Part shown: positions 47,727 through 57,918 of the stretch, in pieces
How the letters are laid out: the number at the start of each line of letters is the position of its first letter
Numbering within the stretch: the stretch's first letter is position 1
From: Candidatus Latescibacterota bacterium
Lineage (GTDB): Bacteria; Latescibacterota; UBA2968; UBA8231
DNA: 64,000 bases
NCBI GenBank assembly: GCA_965243025.1
Contig: CBDETY010000003.1
Span: 1,024,001-1,088,000 of the forward strand
Direction: 5' to 3'
Made by a program: the position numbers and the translations under genes
The notes under the pieces: model-generated
What the model was told of the DNA's origin: nothing
Databases searched by the model: none
What the model saw: only the letters and a program-made list of their open reading frames with translations

Positions 47727-50717
47727 GTGGAGTCTGCGAGCGTTCTGGCAACCGCGGCCCGGGCCCCGGGGTTCGACGACCTCCGGGGGCACAGGCAGGA
47801 CCAGGCCGCCTCGGGAATCGAACGGCTTGGGGAAGCTGCCGCCGGCGCCGGCAGGGACGCCCTCGGCGAGTCCCTGGAAACCCCCGAGGCCAGGGTCTTC
47901 TTCTCCTTCCTCTTCGGGAACAGTCCCTACCTCGGACGGCTCCTCCTGCGCGACCTGGAGTTCACCGAGTCTCTGGTTGCCGAGACCCCGGAGGCGGTCA
48001 CCCGGGGGCTGCGGAACGAGCTTGCCGCGGCGGACCCGGGGATGGACCGCGACCGGCTGATGGCCTTCCTGCGGTCCCGGCGCAGCCGCGTCGCCGTGGT
48101 CGCGGCGGTCTACGACTGCTTCGGCATCTGCGGCGTCATGGAGTGCGCCGAGCTGCTGTCCGACATGGCCGACCACGCCGTGCGCCTGGCGGTCTCCCAC
48201 CTGCTGCTGGGCAGGGTCGAGCGCGGCGACCTCGAGCCGCCGGAAGGGTGCGAGCCCGGGGCCCCGGACGGGAACTGGGGATACTTCGTCCTCGCCATGG
48301 GCAAGCACGGTTCCCGCGAGCTCAACTACTCCTCCGACATCGACCTCGTCGTCCTCTACGACCCCGCCTCCGTCCGCTACACGGGGCGGAAGACCCCGGG
48401 AGACTGTTTCGTGCGGGTCACCCGCGACCTGGTGAGCATCCTCCAGTCCCGCACCGGCGACGGCTACGTCTTCCGCACCGACCTCCGGCTGCGCCCCGAC
48501 CCCTCCTCCACCCCCACGGCCATCGCCGTCGACTTCGCCCTCGACTACTACCTCCGCTTCGGGCGCACCTGGGAGCGGACCGCCTTCATCAAGGCGCGTC
48601 CGGTTGCCGGAGACCTCGGCGCGGGAGCGGCCTTCCTCGAGCGGCTGTCGCCGTTCATCTGGGACGAGGGGCTCGACTTCACCTCGGTCGAGGAGATCCG
48701 CTCCATGAGCCAGCAGATCCACGACTTCCACGGCCACGGCGCGGTGACTGCCGCGGGCCACGACGTCAAGCTGGGGCGGGGCGGCATCCGCGAGATCGAG
48801 TTCTTCGTGCACATGCACCAGCTGGCGTACGGGGGGCGCAGCCCCCGCCTGCGGGGTCCGCGGCTGCTGGCCATGCTGGAGGTCCTCGACGGCGAACACC
48901 ACGTCCTGCCGGCGGAGGCGGCCGCATTGCGCGGGGCCTACCTGCTGCTGCGGCGCGTCGAGCACCGCCTGCAGATGGTCAACGACGACCAGACGCAGAC
49001 GCTGCCGGAGTCGGCCGACGGGTTGGAGCACGTCGCCGCCTTCATGGGTCTGGCCTCGGCCGGGCAGCTCGAAGGCCTGGTAGAGAAGGCCTGCGGCGAG
49101 GTCCACGATCTCTACCGCACCCGCTTCAACGTCCCGGAGAGCGAGCAGGACGTCACCGCGGTGGTCCTGGACGGGCCGGAGGGAAAGGAGAATCCCGACG
49201 CCGTTGAACAGCTCAAGGCCGCGGGGTTCGCGCGGGCGCAAACGGCCATCGAGGTCTTCCGGGGATGGGCGGAGGGCCGCCACGCCTCGACCGCTTCGGA
49301 GCGGGCGCGCGCCATCGTCCGCGAGATCCTGCACGAGATCATCGAGGCCCTCGGCAGGACCCCGGACCCGGACCGCGCCCTGGCGCGCATGGACAAGTTC
49401 CTCGAGACGCTCCCGGAGGACGTCTCCCTGTTTTCCATGCTCAGGGCCAACACCTGGCTGCTCAACCTCGTCACCGCGGTCATGGGCAGCGCGCCGCGCA
49501 TCGCCGACACCCTCGGCGGCAACCCCCGGCTCCTGAAAGCCGTCATCGAGCCTTCCTTCTTCCTGCCGATCCCGGACAGGCAGTCCCTGTCCGAAGAGCT
49601 GGGCGAGCGCCTGCACGGGGAGCGGGACCCGGAGAAGCGGCTGCGGCAGGTGGCCGGCTGGGCCGGGGACCGCCGTTTCCAGGTGGGGGTCCAGTCCCTG
49701 CAGAATCTCGTCACGGTGGACGAAGCCTCCGCCTCCCTCACTCACGTAGCCGAGGCCGTCGTCGAGGTGCTGTTCGCCGACGTGCTCGCCGAGCTGCAGG
49801 AACATCACGGCCGGGTGCCGGGCGGGGGATGCGCGGTGGTGGCCATGGGCAAGCTCGGGGCCGGGGAACTGACCTTCGAGTCCGACCTGGACCTCCTCTT
49901 CGTGGCGGACGTGCCGGAGGACCGGGAGCAGACGACGGGTCCCGCAGCGATCGAAGCGGGGCGCTTCTACGGGCGCGCCGCCCAGCGCCTGATTGCCGCG
50001 CTGCGCAGCCGCTCGCCCTCCGGCAGGCTCTACGAGGTCGACATGCGCCTGCGGCCCTCCGGCGACAGCGGCCCCCTGGTGACGACACTCGGGGCGTTCC
50101 GGGAATACCACGCCTCGGCGGCCTGGACGTGGGAGCAGATGTCCCTGACGAGGGCCCGCGTGGTCTGCGGCGACGCGGCCACGGCCGCAGCCGTCGCCGG
50201 GGAGATCAGGGGCATCCTCGTCCGCCCCCGGGACCCGGAACCGCTGCTCGAGGACGTGGCGCGGATGCGCGACAGGATCGCCGCCGAGTACCCGCCGGGC
50301 GACCCGTTCGACCTGAAGTACGCGCGCGGCGGGCTCGTCGACCTCGAGTTCATCGCCCAGTACCTCCAGCTGCTGCACGCGCACGGGCACCCCGGGGTGC
50401 TGGCCGGCGGGACCGCGGCCTGTTTCGAGGCCCTGGCCGGGGCCGGCGTCCTGCCGCAGGAGGAGGCGCGCATCCTCGCCGCCGCGGTGCGCATGCAGCG
50501 CACCGTTCAGGCCCTGCTCAGGCTGACGTGGAACGAGGAATCCCCGGTGCGCGAGGCCCCCGAACCGCTGCGCGCAAAGCTGGCGGCCGCCCTGGAGTGC
50601 GAGGGCTTCGGGGAACTGGAGGGGAAGCTGAGAGGCACCCAGGAGCAGGCGTTCGACCTGTACCGGCGCTGCATCGGCCGGCCTGCGATGGGCGCGGGCA
50701 AGCAGGAGGGAGGGTGA
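47727..50717 (+). CDS. glnE: Bifunctional GS adenylyltransferase/adenylyl-removing enzyme
   Basis: Two NTase domains MGKHG.RELNYSSDID and MGKLG.GELTFESDLD; DLRLRP, DMRLRPSG; GGIREIEF, GGLVDLEF; GTG start inferred. Confidence 0.95.
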   Translation: MESASVLATAARAPGFDDLRGHRQDQAASGIERLGEAAAGAGRDALGESLETPEARVFFSFLFGNSPYLGRLLLRDLEFTESLVAETPEAVTRGLRNELAAADPGMDRDRLMAFLRSRRSRVAVVAAVYDCFGICGVMECAELLSDMADHAVRLAVSHLLLGRVERGDLEPPEGCEPGAPDGNWGYFVLAMGKHGSRELNYSSDIDLVVLYDPASVRYTGRKTPGDCFVRVTRDLVSILQSRTGDGYVFRTDLRLRPDPSSTPTAIAVDFALDYYLRFGRTWERTAFIKARPVAGDLGAGAAFLERLSPFIWDEGLDFTSVEEIRSMSQQIHDFHGHGAVTAAGHDVKLGRGGIREIEFFVHMHQLAYGGRSPRLRGPRLLAMLEVLDGEHHVLPAEAAALRGAYLLLRRVEHRLQMVNDDQTQTLPESADGLEHVAAFMGLASAGQLEGLVEKACGEVHDLYRTRFNVPESEQDVTAVVLDGPEGKENPDAVEQLKAAGFARAQTAIEVFRGWAEGRHASTASERARAIVREILHEIIEALGRTPDPDRALARMDKFLETLPEDVSLFSMLRANTWLLNLVTAVMGSAPRIADTLGGNPRLLKAVIEPSFFLPIPDRQSLSEELGERLHGERDPEKRLRQVAGWAGDRRFQVGVQSLQNLVTVDEASASLTHVAEAVVEVLFADVLAELQEHHGRVPGGGCAVVAMGKLGAGELTFESDLDLLFVADVPEDREQTTGPAAIEAGRFYGRAAQRLIAALRSRSPSGRLYEVDMRLRPSGDSGPLVTTLGAFREYHASAAWTWEQMSLTRARVVCGDAATAAAVAGEIRGILVRPRDPEPLLEDVARMRDRIAAEYPPGDPFDLKYARGGLVDLEFIAQYLQLLHAHGHPGVLAGGTAACFEALAGAGVLPQEEARILAAAVRMQRTVQALLRLTWNEESPVREAPEPLRAKLAAALECEGFGELEGKLRGTQEQAFDLYRRCIGRPAMGAGKQEGG

Positions 50718-50802
50718 CCGGGGGGCGCCGGGAGAGGCGCGGGCAGGGAGCTTCCGTGGAATTTGCCATCTTCGAAACAAACCTCGATCGAGGAGGAAGA
50801 AC

Positions 50803-51687
50803 GTGCTGAGGGAGCATCAGGTGCAGGAGTTCGAGCGCAACGGTTTCATCAACGCCGGGAAGGCGCTGTCGCTCGGGGAGGTCGACGAGCTCGGGGCCGA
50901 GCTCGACCGCGTTCTCGACATCGGCCCGGACGGGTTCGCCCCGGGCGAGCCGCAGCCGGTCTCCTTCCGCGACATGGGGGGCAAGACCGGCGGGGTCAGC
51001 GAGCATCCCGTGTGGCAGATCGTCAACATCTGGGAAGCCTCCGACGCATTCCGGCGGCTGCTGTCACACCCGTTCCTCGTCAAGGCGGTGAGCCGGCTGA
51101 CCGGCCATCCCGACCTGATGGTGTGGCACGACCAGATCCAGTACAAGCCGGCCTCGAGCGGCGGCTCGACCAGATGGCACCAGGATGCGCCGCTGTGGCC
51201 GATCATCAAGCCGATGACCCCGGTGTCGGCCTGGGTGCCGCTCGACGACGCCGACGAGGAGAACGGCTGCATGTGGATGGTCCCGGGAAGCTTCCGCTGG
51301 GGCAACCAGATCGATTTCCTGCGCACCCAGCACGGGCTGACTCAGCTCGGCGAGTTCGGCGATCTCGAGGGGTTCACGCCGCCGGCCGGGGCGGAGGTCT
51401 CCGAGGTCAGGCCGAGGCCGCTGCCGGTCATGCGCGGGGAGGTCTCCTTCCACCATAGCCTCAACTGGCACGGGTCGCCGTTCAACCGGTCGCCGCGGCC
51501 GCGGCGGGCCATTGCCATCCACTACATGACCGGGGACGCGGTCTTCGACGCGAGCGGGCAGCACCTTATGAAGCGGTTCGTCGAGGTGGCCGACGGGGGG
51601 CCGATGAGCGCGGCCGGCCCCCATTTCCCGACGGTCTGCAGGGCGGGGGAACCGGTGCCGGTCACTGCGCCTGCGGGGGAGGCGTGA
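50803..51687 (+). CDS. PhyH-family dioxygenase
   Basis: WHQD, W..LDDA.EENGC...PGS, WHGS..N..RRA. Confidence 0.9.
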   Translation: MLREHQVQEFERNGFINAGKALSLGEVDELGAELDRVLDIGPDGFAPGEPQPVSFRDMGGKTGGVSEHPVWQIVNIWEASDAFRRLLSHPFLVKAVSRLTGHPDLMVWHDQIQYKPASSGGSTRWHQDAPLWPIIKPMTPVSAWVPLDDADEENGCMWMVPGSFRWGNQIDFLRTQHGLTQLGEFGDLEGFTPPAGAEVSEVRPRPLPVMRGEVSFHHSLNWHGSPFNRSPRPRRAIAIHYMTGDAVFDASGQHLMKRFVEVADGGPMSAAGPHFPTVCRAGEPVPVTAPAGEA

Positions 51688-51688
51688 A

Positions 51689-52462
51689 ATGAGCAAGCTT
51701 CGGCTGAATCTGCGGCAGCAGCGGCTCGGACAGGACGGGGGCCGCGCCTTATGGGAAGTGGTCGCCGCCGAGGTAGAGTACGACTGCGCGGAGACCGCGC
51801 TGCTGCTGTGCGACGTCTGGAACAATCACTGGAGCCGCGGCGCCTCGGAACGGGTCGACGCCATGGTGCCGCGCATGAACGAGGTGGCCGCGGCGGCGCG
51901 CGCTTCCGGGGTGCAGGTCGTGCACGCCCCTTCGAGCACCATGGAGTTCTACGCAGGAACCCCTGCCCGGCAGCGCGTCCTCGAGACCGCGCTCGTCGCC
52001 CCGCCCCCCGGCCTCGAGCGGGAGGATCCGCCGCAGCCGGTCGACTCAAGCGACGGGGGCTCGGACACCAAGGAGATCGACCGGCAGTACCACGACCCCG
52101 ACCGGGACGGCACCGCCTGGACGCGGCAGCACCCCGGCATAGAGATCGACGACGGCGCCGACCTGGTCAGCGACGACGGCAGACAGGTGTTCAGCTGCCT
52201 CCACCGCAGGGGGATCGGCAACCTGCTGATCATGGGGGTGCACACCAACATGTGCGTCCTCAACCGCAGCTTCGCGATCAAGCAGATGGTGCGCTGGGGG
52301 AAGAACGTCGTCCTGGTCCGCGACCTGACCGACGCGATGTACGACCCCGCGATGCCCCCCTACGTCAGCCACGACGAGGGCACGCGGCTTGTGGTCGAGT
52401 ACATCGAGAAGTTCTGGTGCCCGACGGTGCTGAGCGGAGAGATTCTCGCTTCCTGCAGGTAG
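51689..52462 (+). CDS. Isochorismatase/cysteine hydrolase family
   Basis: TALLLCDVW, HAPS, GVHTNMC, RDLTD. Confidence 0.88.
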   Translation: MSKLRLNLRQQRLGQDGGRALWEVVAAEVEYDCAETALLLCDVWNNHWSRGASERVDAMVPRMNEVAAAARASGVQVVHAPSSTMEFYAGTPARQRVLETALVAPPPGLEREDPPQPVDSSDGGSDTKEIDRQYHDPDRDGTAWTRQHPGIEIDDGADLVSDDGRQVFSCLHRRGIGNLLIMGVHTNMCVLNRSFAIKQMVRWGKNVVLVRDLTDAMYDPAMPPYVSHDEGTRLVVEYIEKFWCPTVLSGEILASCR

Positions 52463-52474
52463 GGGACTGTAAAC

Positions 52475-52763
52475 ATGAGAACGACCGTTACACTGGACGC
52501 CGATGTCGAGCGGCGCCTGAGGGAGGAGATGCGCAGGAAGGGCAAGGGGTTCAAGGAGACCCTGAACGATGCCCTGCGCCGGGGTCTGGGTCCGTCAGGC
52601 CCGGAATCGGAGGTCGGGGAGTTCGTGGTTGAGTCGCGTCCCCTTCCGCCTGCGCCCGGAACTGGACCTGGCCCGACTGCGGGAGCTGGACGACGATCTG
52701 GAGATTGCAGGGTTCCTCGGAAAGACCGCGCGGCTGAACGAGCGCCGGGCTGATCCTCCTTGA
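52475..52763 (+). pseudogene. VapB/CopG-type antitoxin, frameshifted at ~52640; no toxin gene follows
   Basis: MRTTVTLDADV...FKETLNDALRRGL, then other frame FRLRPELDLARLRELDDDLE. Confidence 0.75.
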
Positions 52764-52766
52764 TGG

Positions 52767-54041
52767 TCAGCGCATCGACTCGACGACGCGGAGGGCCGTC
52801 TCCACCACCCGGTCCTCGACGTCCCCGGTGAACGGCGCCGGCAGGCGGAAGTAGTAGTGGGATCCGCCGACTTCGTACCCGCCCAGAGGCCAGGCGTTCT
52901 TCGAGGGGATGTACCCGATCAGGCCGTTGCTGTAAGCCGCGGCGACCGTGACCGACGGGGACAGCGCCCGCTTCAGGTGCAGGCCGATCTCGCTCAGCAC
53001 CTCCCCTCCCAGGAACAGGACCCGGAACCCGGGGTTGAGCTGGAGCACCTGGACCTCGTGCGGACAGCCCCCCGGCAGCGGTCCCCGCGCCAGCTGACCC
53101 TTCACGTATTCCGCCCACCGCCGGCGCTGTCCCTCTTCGCGGGCGGCGAAGCGGTCGAGGTATGCCCCGTCCGGGAGCTGGGCGTAGGGGAGCAGGTGGA
53201 ACTCCCCGGCGATCTTCATTCCCCCCGCATCGACAGGCTCTGCTGAATCCCGGCCGGCCAGCACTTCTTCGGCCAGGCCTTCGCCCGCGGCGGCGACCTC
53301 GTCGACCTCCGGGCGCCGGAAGTCCGTCCCCCCGGGGTTGTACCAGGGCCGCACGTCGCCGGCGCATCCGGCGCTGAAGAACGCCGGCGCCCCTGTCCTT
53401 TCGCGCAGCCCGGCGCAGAGGAACCCGGGGTAGTCGCCGCCGATCAGGCAGCCGCCCATGCTGGTGGCGTGACAGCCGTACACGGTCAGGGTGGCCAGCA
53501 GCTCACCGGCTTCGCTCTCGAACCAGAGGGTGTCGAGGTCGCGGTCGACGGGTCCGTCCGGATTGGGGGCGAACACCGCTTTGCCGCGGCGCGGAAGCCG
53601 GCGGTTGACCCCGAACCCGGAGCGCGTCCTCGAGAAGGAGACCCGCCCGGGCACGGCGCCGGACCGGGCGGCCACGGCGGCGGAGGCCAGCTTTTCGCAC
53701 AGCCGCTCGGCGTACTCGAGCTCAGGCTCCCCGGGCATCATCATCGGGTAGAAGAGCGGTCCGCAATGGGTGTGGGTGGCGGTCAGCACCACCTGCCGCG
53801 GCAGCATGCCGGCGGCCGCGGCGATCCGCTGCTTCGCCTGCGCCGCGTACGCGAGGTCGAAGCCGATCAGGTCGGCGGCGATCACCACCGCCTCCTCGTC
53901 AGCTCCCCCGAGATAGACCGCCCCGGCGGTCAGGGGCTGGTACACCCCCTCGGAGCGCCGGTCGCGGTCCCCGTACCCCGCCATCCACACCGGGCCGTCG
54001 GGGGTTATGTCCGTCGTGGCCGCGCCTGTCCTGATCGACAT
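52767..54041 (-). CDS. Neutral/alkaline ceramidase N-terminal-like hydrolase
   Basis: DITP..MAGY..R, ATHTHCGP, VNRR, YGCHAT, DYPG, GCAGD, GGYE. Confidence 0.85.
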   Translation of the reverse strand: MSIRTGAATTDITPDGPVWMAGYGDRDRRSEGVYQPLTAGAVYLGGADEEAVVIAADLIGFDLAYAAQAKQRIAAAAGMLPRQVVLTATHTHCGPLFYPMMMPGEPELEYAERLCEKLASAAVAARSGAVPGRVSFSRTRSGFGVNRRLPRRGKAVFAPNPDGPVDRDLDTLWFESEAGELLATLTVYGCHATSMGGCLIGGDYPGFLCAGLRERTGAPAFFSAGCAGDVRPWYNPGGTDFRRPEVDEVAAAGEGLAEEVLAGRDSAEPVDAGGMKIAGEFHLLPYAQLPDGAYLDRFAAREEGQRRRWAEYVKGQLARGPLPGGCPHEVQVLQLNPGFRVLFLGGEVLSEIGLHLKRALSPSVTVAAAYSNGLIGYIPSKNAWPLGGYEVGGSHYYFRLPAPFTGDVEDRVVETALRVVESMR

Positions 54042-54324
54042 GTTTCTTCTTCTCCTCCTCAGGGGAAGAAATGGGCGACAAGACTAAGGAAAACTGGAGT
54101 GGGGAGCAGTTTGAGTCCGCATCCGGCCGGGTTATTTTCCGGCGGTGAGCAGGGGGTTTGCGGAGCCCCACCCCCGGCAGGAACCCAGGCGACTATCCAG
54201 GGAAGTCGGGGACGATGCGGCTGGACCGATCCCGATTCCACCTGATACGGCGGCAACCGAATCCGCCTCGGAATAACCCGGGCAAACATCCAGTACCCTT
54301 GAAGGCCGGAAAGTCACACACAGG

Positions 54325-55509
54325 ATGACGGAGATGAAGGAGCCGCGCCAGGTCGGAGTCGGGGCGATCGCCCGCCTCTTCCTGAAGCTGGGGACCATCG
54401 GTTTCGGGGGCCCCGCGGCGCACATCGCCATGATGGAGGACGAGGTCGTCGGCCGCCGCAGGTGGCTGTCGCGCGAAAGCTTCCTCGATCTCCTAGGGGC
54501 GACGCACCTGATTCCGGGGCCGAACTCGACCGAGATGGCGATTCACATCGGGTACCGCCGCGGCGGCTGGCCGGGACTGCTCACCGCGGGAATCTGCTTC
54601 ATCCTCCCTGCCGTCCTCATCACCGGTGCGCTCGCCGCCGTGTACGTGCGCTGGGGGAACCTGCCGGAGCTGGACCCGATTCTCGCCGGGGTGAAACCGG
54701 TGGTCGTCGCCGTCATCGCCGTCGCCCTTCTCCGGCTCGGGCGCACCGCCGCCCGGGACTGGCGCCTGGCGATGATCGGGATCGCGGTGGCCGCGGTCTC
54801 GTACAGACAGGGGTTCGAGGTGGTTGCCCTGCTGGCCGGCGGCCTTCTCGGGATGCTCTGGATCGGCATCCGCAAACCGGCCGGGCCCGCGGTCTGGGCC
54901 GGTCTGATCGCGGCTCTGGGAGCAGTGCCGGCGCGAGCGGCGGCGATTTCCGCGGCCGCCGCGGCTGCAGGCGGTGCCGCAGCCCAGGTGCCGCTGTGGA
55001 CTCTCGGCCTCTTCTTCCTGAAAGTCGGGGCCGTCCTCTTCGGCAGCGGCTACGTGCTGATCGCCTTCCTCGAAGGCGGCCTCGTCGACGATCTCGGCCT
55101 GATCACCGGCGAACAGCTGATGGAGGCGGTCGCCGTCGGCCAGTTCACCCCCGGCCCGGTGCTGTCGACGGCGACCTTCATCGGCTACGTGATCGCCGGC
55201 CCCTGGGGAGCCCTGGTGGCGACGGTCGCCATCTTCCTGCCCTCGTTCTTCTACGTCGCCGCGGTCAACCCGCTGATTCCGAGGCTGCGCGAGTCGCGCT
55301 GGGCAGGCGCCTTCCTCGACGGGGTGAACGCCGGCGCCACCGGGCTGATGCTGGCGGTGACCGTGAAGCTCGCCGAGGCCTCGCTGACCGGCGGGTTCTC
55401 CTGGTGGATGGCGGGCATGGCCTTTCTCATCGCCGCGTACACCGGCATGAGCCCGGCCTGGCTGATCCTCGCCGGCGCCCTGACAGGCTACCTCGTCTCG
55501 ATGGGGTGA
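54325..55509 (+). CDS. chrA: Chromate efflux transporter
   Basis: FGGPAAH, IPGPNSTE, FGSGYV, GQFTPGP. Confidence 0.92.
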   Translation: MTEMKEPRQVGVGAIARLFLKLGTIGFGGPAAHIAMMEDEVVGRRRWLSRESFLDLLGATHLIPGPNSTEMAIHIGYRRGGWPGLLTAGICFILPAVLITGALAAVYVRWGNLPELDPILAGVKPVVVAVIAVALLRLGRTAARDWRLAMIGIAVAAVSYRQGFEVVALLAGGLLGMLWIGIRKPAGPAVWAGLIAALGAVPARAAAISAAAAAAGGAAAQVPLWTLGLFFLKVGAVLFGSGYVLIAFLEGGLVDDLGLITGEQLMEAVAVGQFTPGPVLSTATFIGYVIAGPWGALVATVAIFLPSFFYVAAVNPLIPRLRESRWAGAFLDGVNAGATGLMLAVTVKLAEASLTGGFSWWMAGMAFLIAAYTGMSPAWLILAGALTGYLVSMG

Positions 55510-55527
55510 CCGCCCGGGTGTGCCGGG

Positions 55528-57597
55528 TCAGGGAAGCTGCCGGCGGAACCCGTCGGTGAACAGCCCGATGCGCTCGAAGGGGATGCGCTCGAACTCCGGC
55601 AGCCGCTCGTACACCGGGGAATCCTCCCGCAGCTGGAACCCGAGATTGTCCGCGTCGACGAACCCGACTTCGGCGAATTCCTCGAATACCAGGTTGTCCT
55701 CGATCCGGTTGAGCCCGAGATACGGCTCCATTTTCGGCGTGTGCAGCCAGTCCTCGCAGCGCACGGCGACGTTGCGGTCGACGACGTTCCTCTTGGGGAA
55801 CCCGGGGTCGTCCTCGAGGATGCCGGCGAGCTCGGGATAGCGCTCGCTCCAGGGCGGCTCGCGGTAGGGCATCGCTTCCAGGCGCTCGAAAAAGACCGCC
55901 TTCAGCTGGTGTCCCTCCATCACCCCGGCGCAGCGCGCGTCGATGTGGAAGGCGTGTCGCGACGCCGTGAGGATGTTGTTGCGGAACAGGTTGTCGCGGC
56001 CGCCGCCGGTGTGCATGGCGAACGTCGCCTTGTGGATGACGTTGCCGAAAACCGTGGTGCCGCTGATGCAGTCGTCGAGGTACACCCCCATGGAACCGAC
56101 GACCCCGGGGCCGGCGAGGTCGTGGATGAAGTTGTGGCGGATGAGGTTGCCGCGGGCGGTCCAGTCGCGGCCGGTGTAGAGGGCGCCGACGTCACCGGTC
56201 TCGCGGGCGACGCGGTGGATGTGGTTGAACTCGATGACGTGGTCGTTGCCCTTGAACTCCATCGCCAGGTGGGGGGCGTCGTGGACGAGGTTGTGGGCGG
56301 CGCGGTTGCCCACGCCGTAGAGGTGGACGGCGCCGGCATAGGTGCGGCGGGTGCGGCCGAAGCGGAAAATGTGGTTGTTGACCGCCTCGTGGCCGCCTGG
56401 CTCGAGGGTTCGCCGGTCCCCGCCGGTGAGGCTGATTCCGGAGCCGCCGACGTCGTGGATGTCGCAGCTGACGACCCGGTGCCTGACGCCGCCGCTGACG
56501 GTCACGGCGTCGGTGCCGAGGTTGCGGAAGGTGCAGCCGGCAACCCGGTTTCCGGACCCCCCGGTCACGGCGATGCCGGACTCCCTGCCCGCCTCGAAGG
56601 TGATCCCCTCGACGGAGAGGTGGGAGGCGTCCTCGAGGAGGACCAGGGGCTCCTCGAGCAGCGACAGGATCACCTCCTTCTCCTCGAAGCCGGCGGGCGG
56701 CCAGCAGTAGAGGACCATCTCCTGCGGGTCGAGGTACCATTCCCCGGGGCGGTCGAGCTCCGACAGCAGGTTGAAGGCGAAGTAGCGCCGCGGCGCGTCG
56801 TTCCAGGGGTACCCGGGATCGAAGCCGACGCCGTACGGGTGCGGAGCCGCGAGGGTGATCCGCCGGGCGGCCGTGTCGATCGCGGCGACGCGGATCGACT
56901 CCTCGTACCAGTCCCAACACCAGTACCCCTGCAGCCAGACCCCTTCCTCCACCGACCAGCGGGCCGGGCGCTCCTCCTCGTAGCGGAAGGCGCCTCCCCG
57001 GGGGACCTCGTCGCCGCTGCGGGAGCCGCGGTCGACGACCTCGGTGAAGGTCGCCCACCCCTCGTTCGGCCAGCGCGCCGCCGGCAGGCGCTCGCCGCCG
57101 GCGAACAGCTCGGGCAGCGCGCTCCCCTTGAAGGCGTCCGGGGCCGGGGGGATTGCGGGCACGCCGAGCCGCCCGAGGTCGATGCGGCGAACCGAATCGC
57201 GCGCCTCCTCGGGGAGCTTGCGCAGCACGGCCGGATCCTCGACGGGATCCCAGGCGGACGGGGGCAGCTGGATCCCGCCGAGGAAACGCGGCCGTTCTCC
57301 CGGGGCCGCCCGCCAGGTAATCGGGGCCCCGGGCGAGCCGGAGTCCTGTTCTTCGAGGAGAAATGGTTGGCGCAACCGGTAGTCCCCGCGGTGGAGCCAG
57401 ACGGCGGCGCCGGCTGCGGGAAGGGTGCCCGCGCTTTTCAGATGGCGCAGCGCATCCCGGGCGCCGGCGGGGGTAGCGAAAGGTTGTTCGGCCGATCCGT
57501 CGCCGGCGTCGTCGCCGGACGGGGAGACGTGGAGCTCGATGGCGTTCGCCATGGTACCGATCCAGAGGGGAAGCAGGAGAAGGGGAAGGGGTCTCAC
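55528..57597 (-). CDS. Exported right-handed parallel beta-helix protein
   Basis: Signal peptide; VSP.GDD...PFAT; ARWPN; LDRPGEWY; GVYLDD; HN/NN ladder repeats. Confidence 0.85.
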   Translation of the reverse strand: MRPLPLLLLPLWIGTMANAIELHVSPSGDDAGDGSAEQPFATPAGARDALRHLKSAGTLPAAGAAVWLHRGDYRLRQPFLLEEQDSGSPGAPITWRAAPGERPRFLGGIQLPPSAWDPVEDPAVLRKLPEEARDSVRRIDLGRLGVPAIPPAPDAFKGSALPELFAGGERLPAARWPNEGWATFTEVVDRGSRSGDEVPRGGAFRYEEERPARWSVEEGVWLQGYWCWDWYEESIRVAAIDTAARRITLAAPHPYGVGFDPGYPWNDAPRRYFAFNLLSELDRPGEWYLDPQEMVLYCWPPAGFEEKEVILSLLEEPLVLLEDASHLSVEGITFEAGRESGIAVTGGSGNRVAGCTFRNLGTDAVTVSGGVRHRVVSCDIHDVGGSGISLTGGDRRTLEPGGHEAVNNHIFRFGRTRRTYAGAVHLYGVGNRAAHNLVHDAPHLAMEFKGNDHVIEFNHIHRVARETGDVGALYTGRDWTARGNLIRHNFIHDLAGPGVVGSMGVYLDDCISGTTVFGNVIHKATFAMHTGGGRDNLFRNNILTASRHAFHIDARCAGVMEGHQLKAVFFERLEAMPYREPPWSERYPELAGILEDDPGFPKRNVVDRNVAVRCEDWLHTPKMEPYLGLNRIEDNLVFEEFAEVGFVDADNLGFQLREDSPVYERLPEFERIPFERIGLFTDGFRRQLP

Positions 57598-57663
57598 GGG
57601 ATTCGCTTCGAAGGCGGTCGGTCAGGTGCCAGGGCGTTTGCCCAGGGACGAACCAGTTCGGCA

Positions 57664-57820
57664 GGACCTGTGCCCCCGCGCCACAACCGCGGTTGCGAGC
57701 CCGAATCAGCCGTCCTTCCGGCGCGGACACCTTCCCGTTCAGCCCGCCTGTCCTGGACCTGTGCCCCGCGCCAACACCGACGTTGCGAGCCGCCCAAAAG
57801 CCGCCCTCCCGGCGCGGAAG
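57664..57820. repeat. Two degenerate direct repeats, period 91 bp
   Basis: ggacctgtgcccc(c)gcgcca...gttgcgagcc...agccg..c.ccggcgcgga at 57664 and 57755. Confidence 0.75.
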
Positions 57821-57918
57821 GCTTCCTTATGTAACCCGCTTTCCGGGACTGGGACGAATCAGTCGATCAGCCGATCCAGCGCCCGATTCCAGCCGCCGCC
57901 CGATCCGGGGCTTCCAAT

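Noticed and set aside
47691-50780. Long antisense ORFs (47691-50780, also 24315-27557, 7279-9228, 55741-57834 and similar)
   Set aside because: Mirror frames of well-supported genes; stop codons are rare at this GC content; no recognisable motifs
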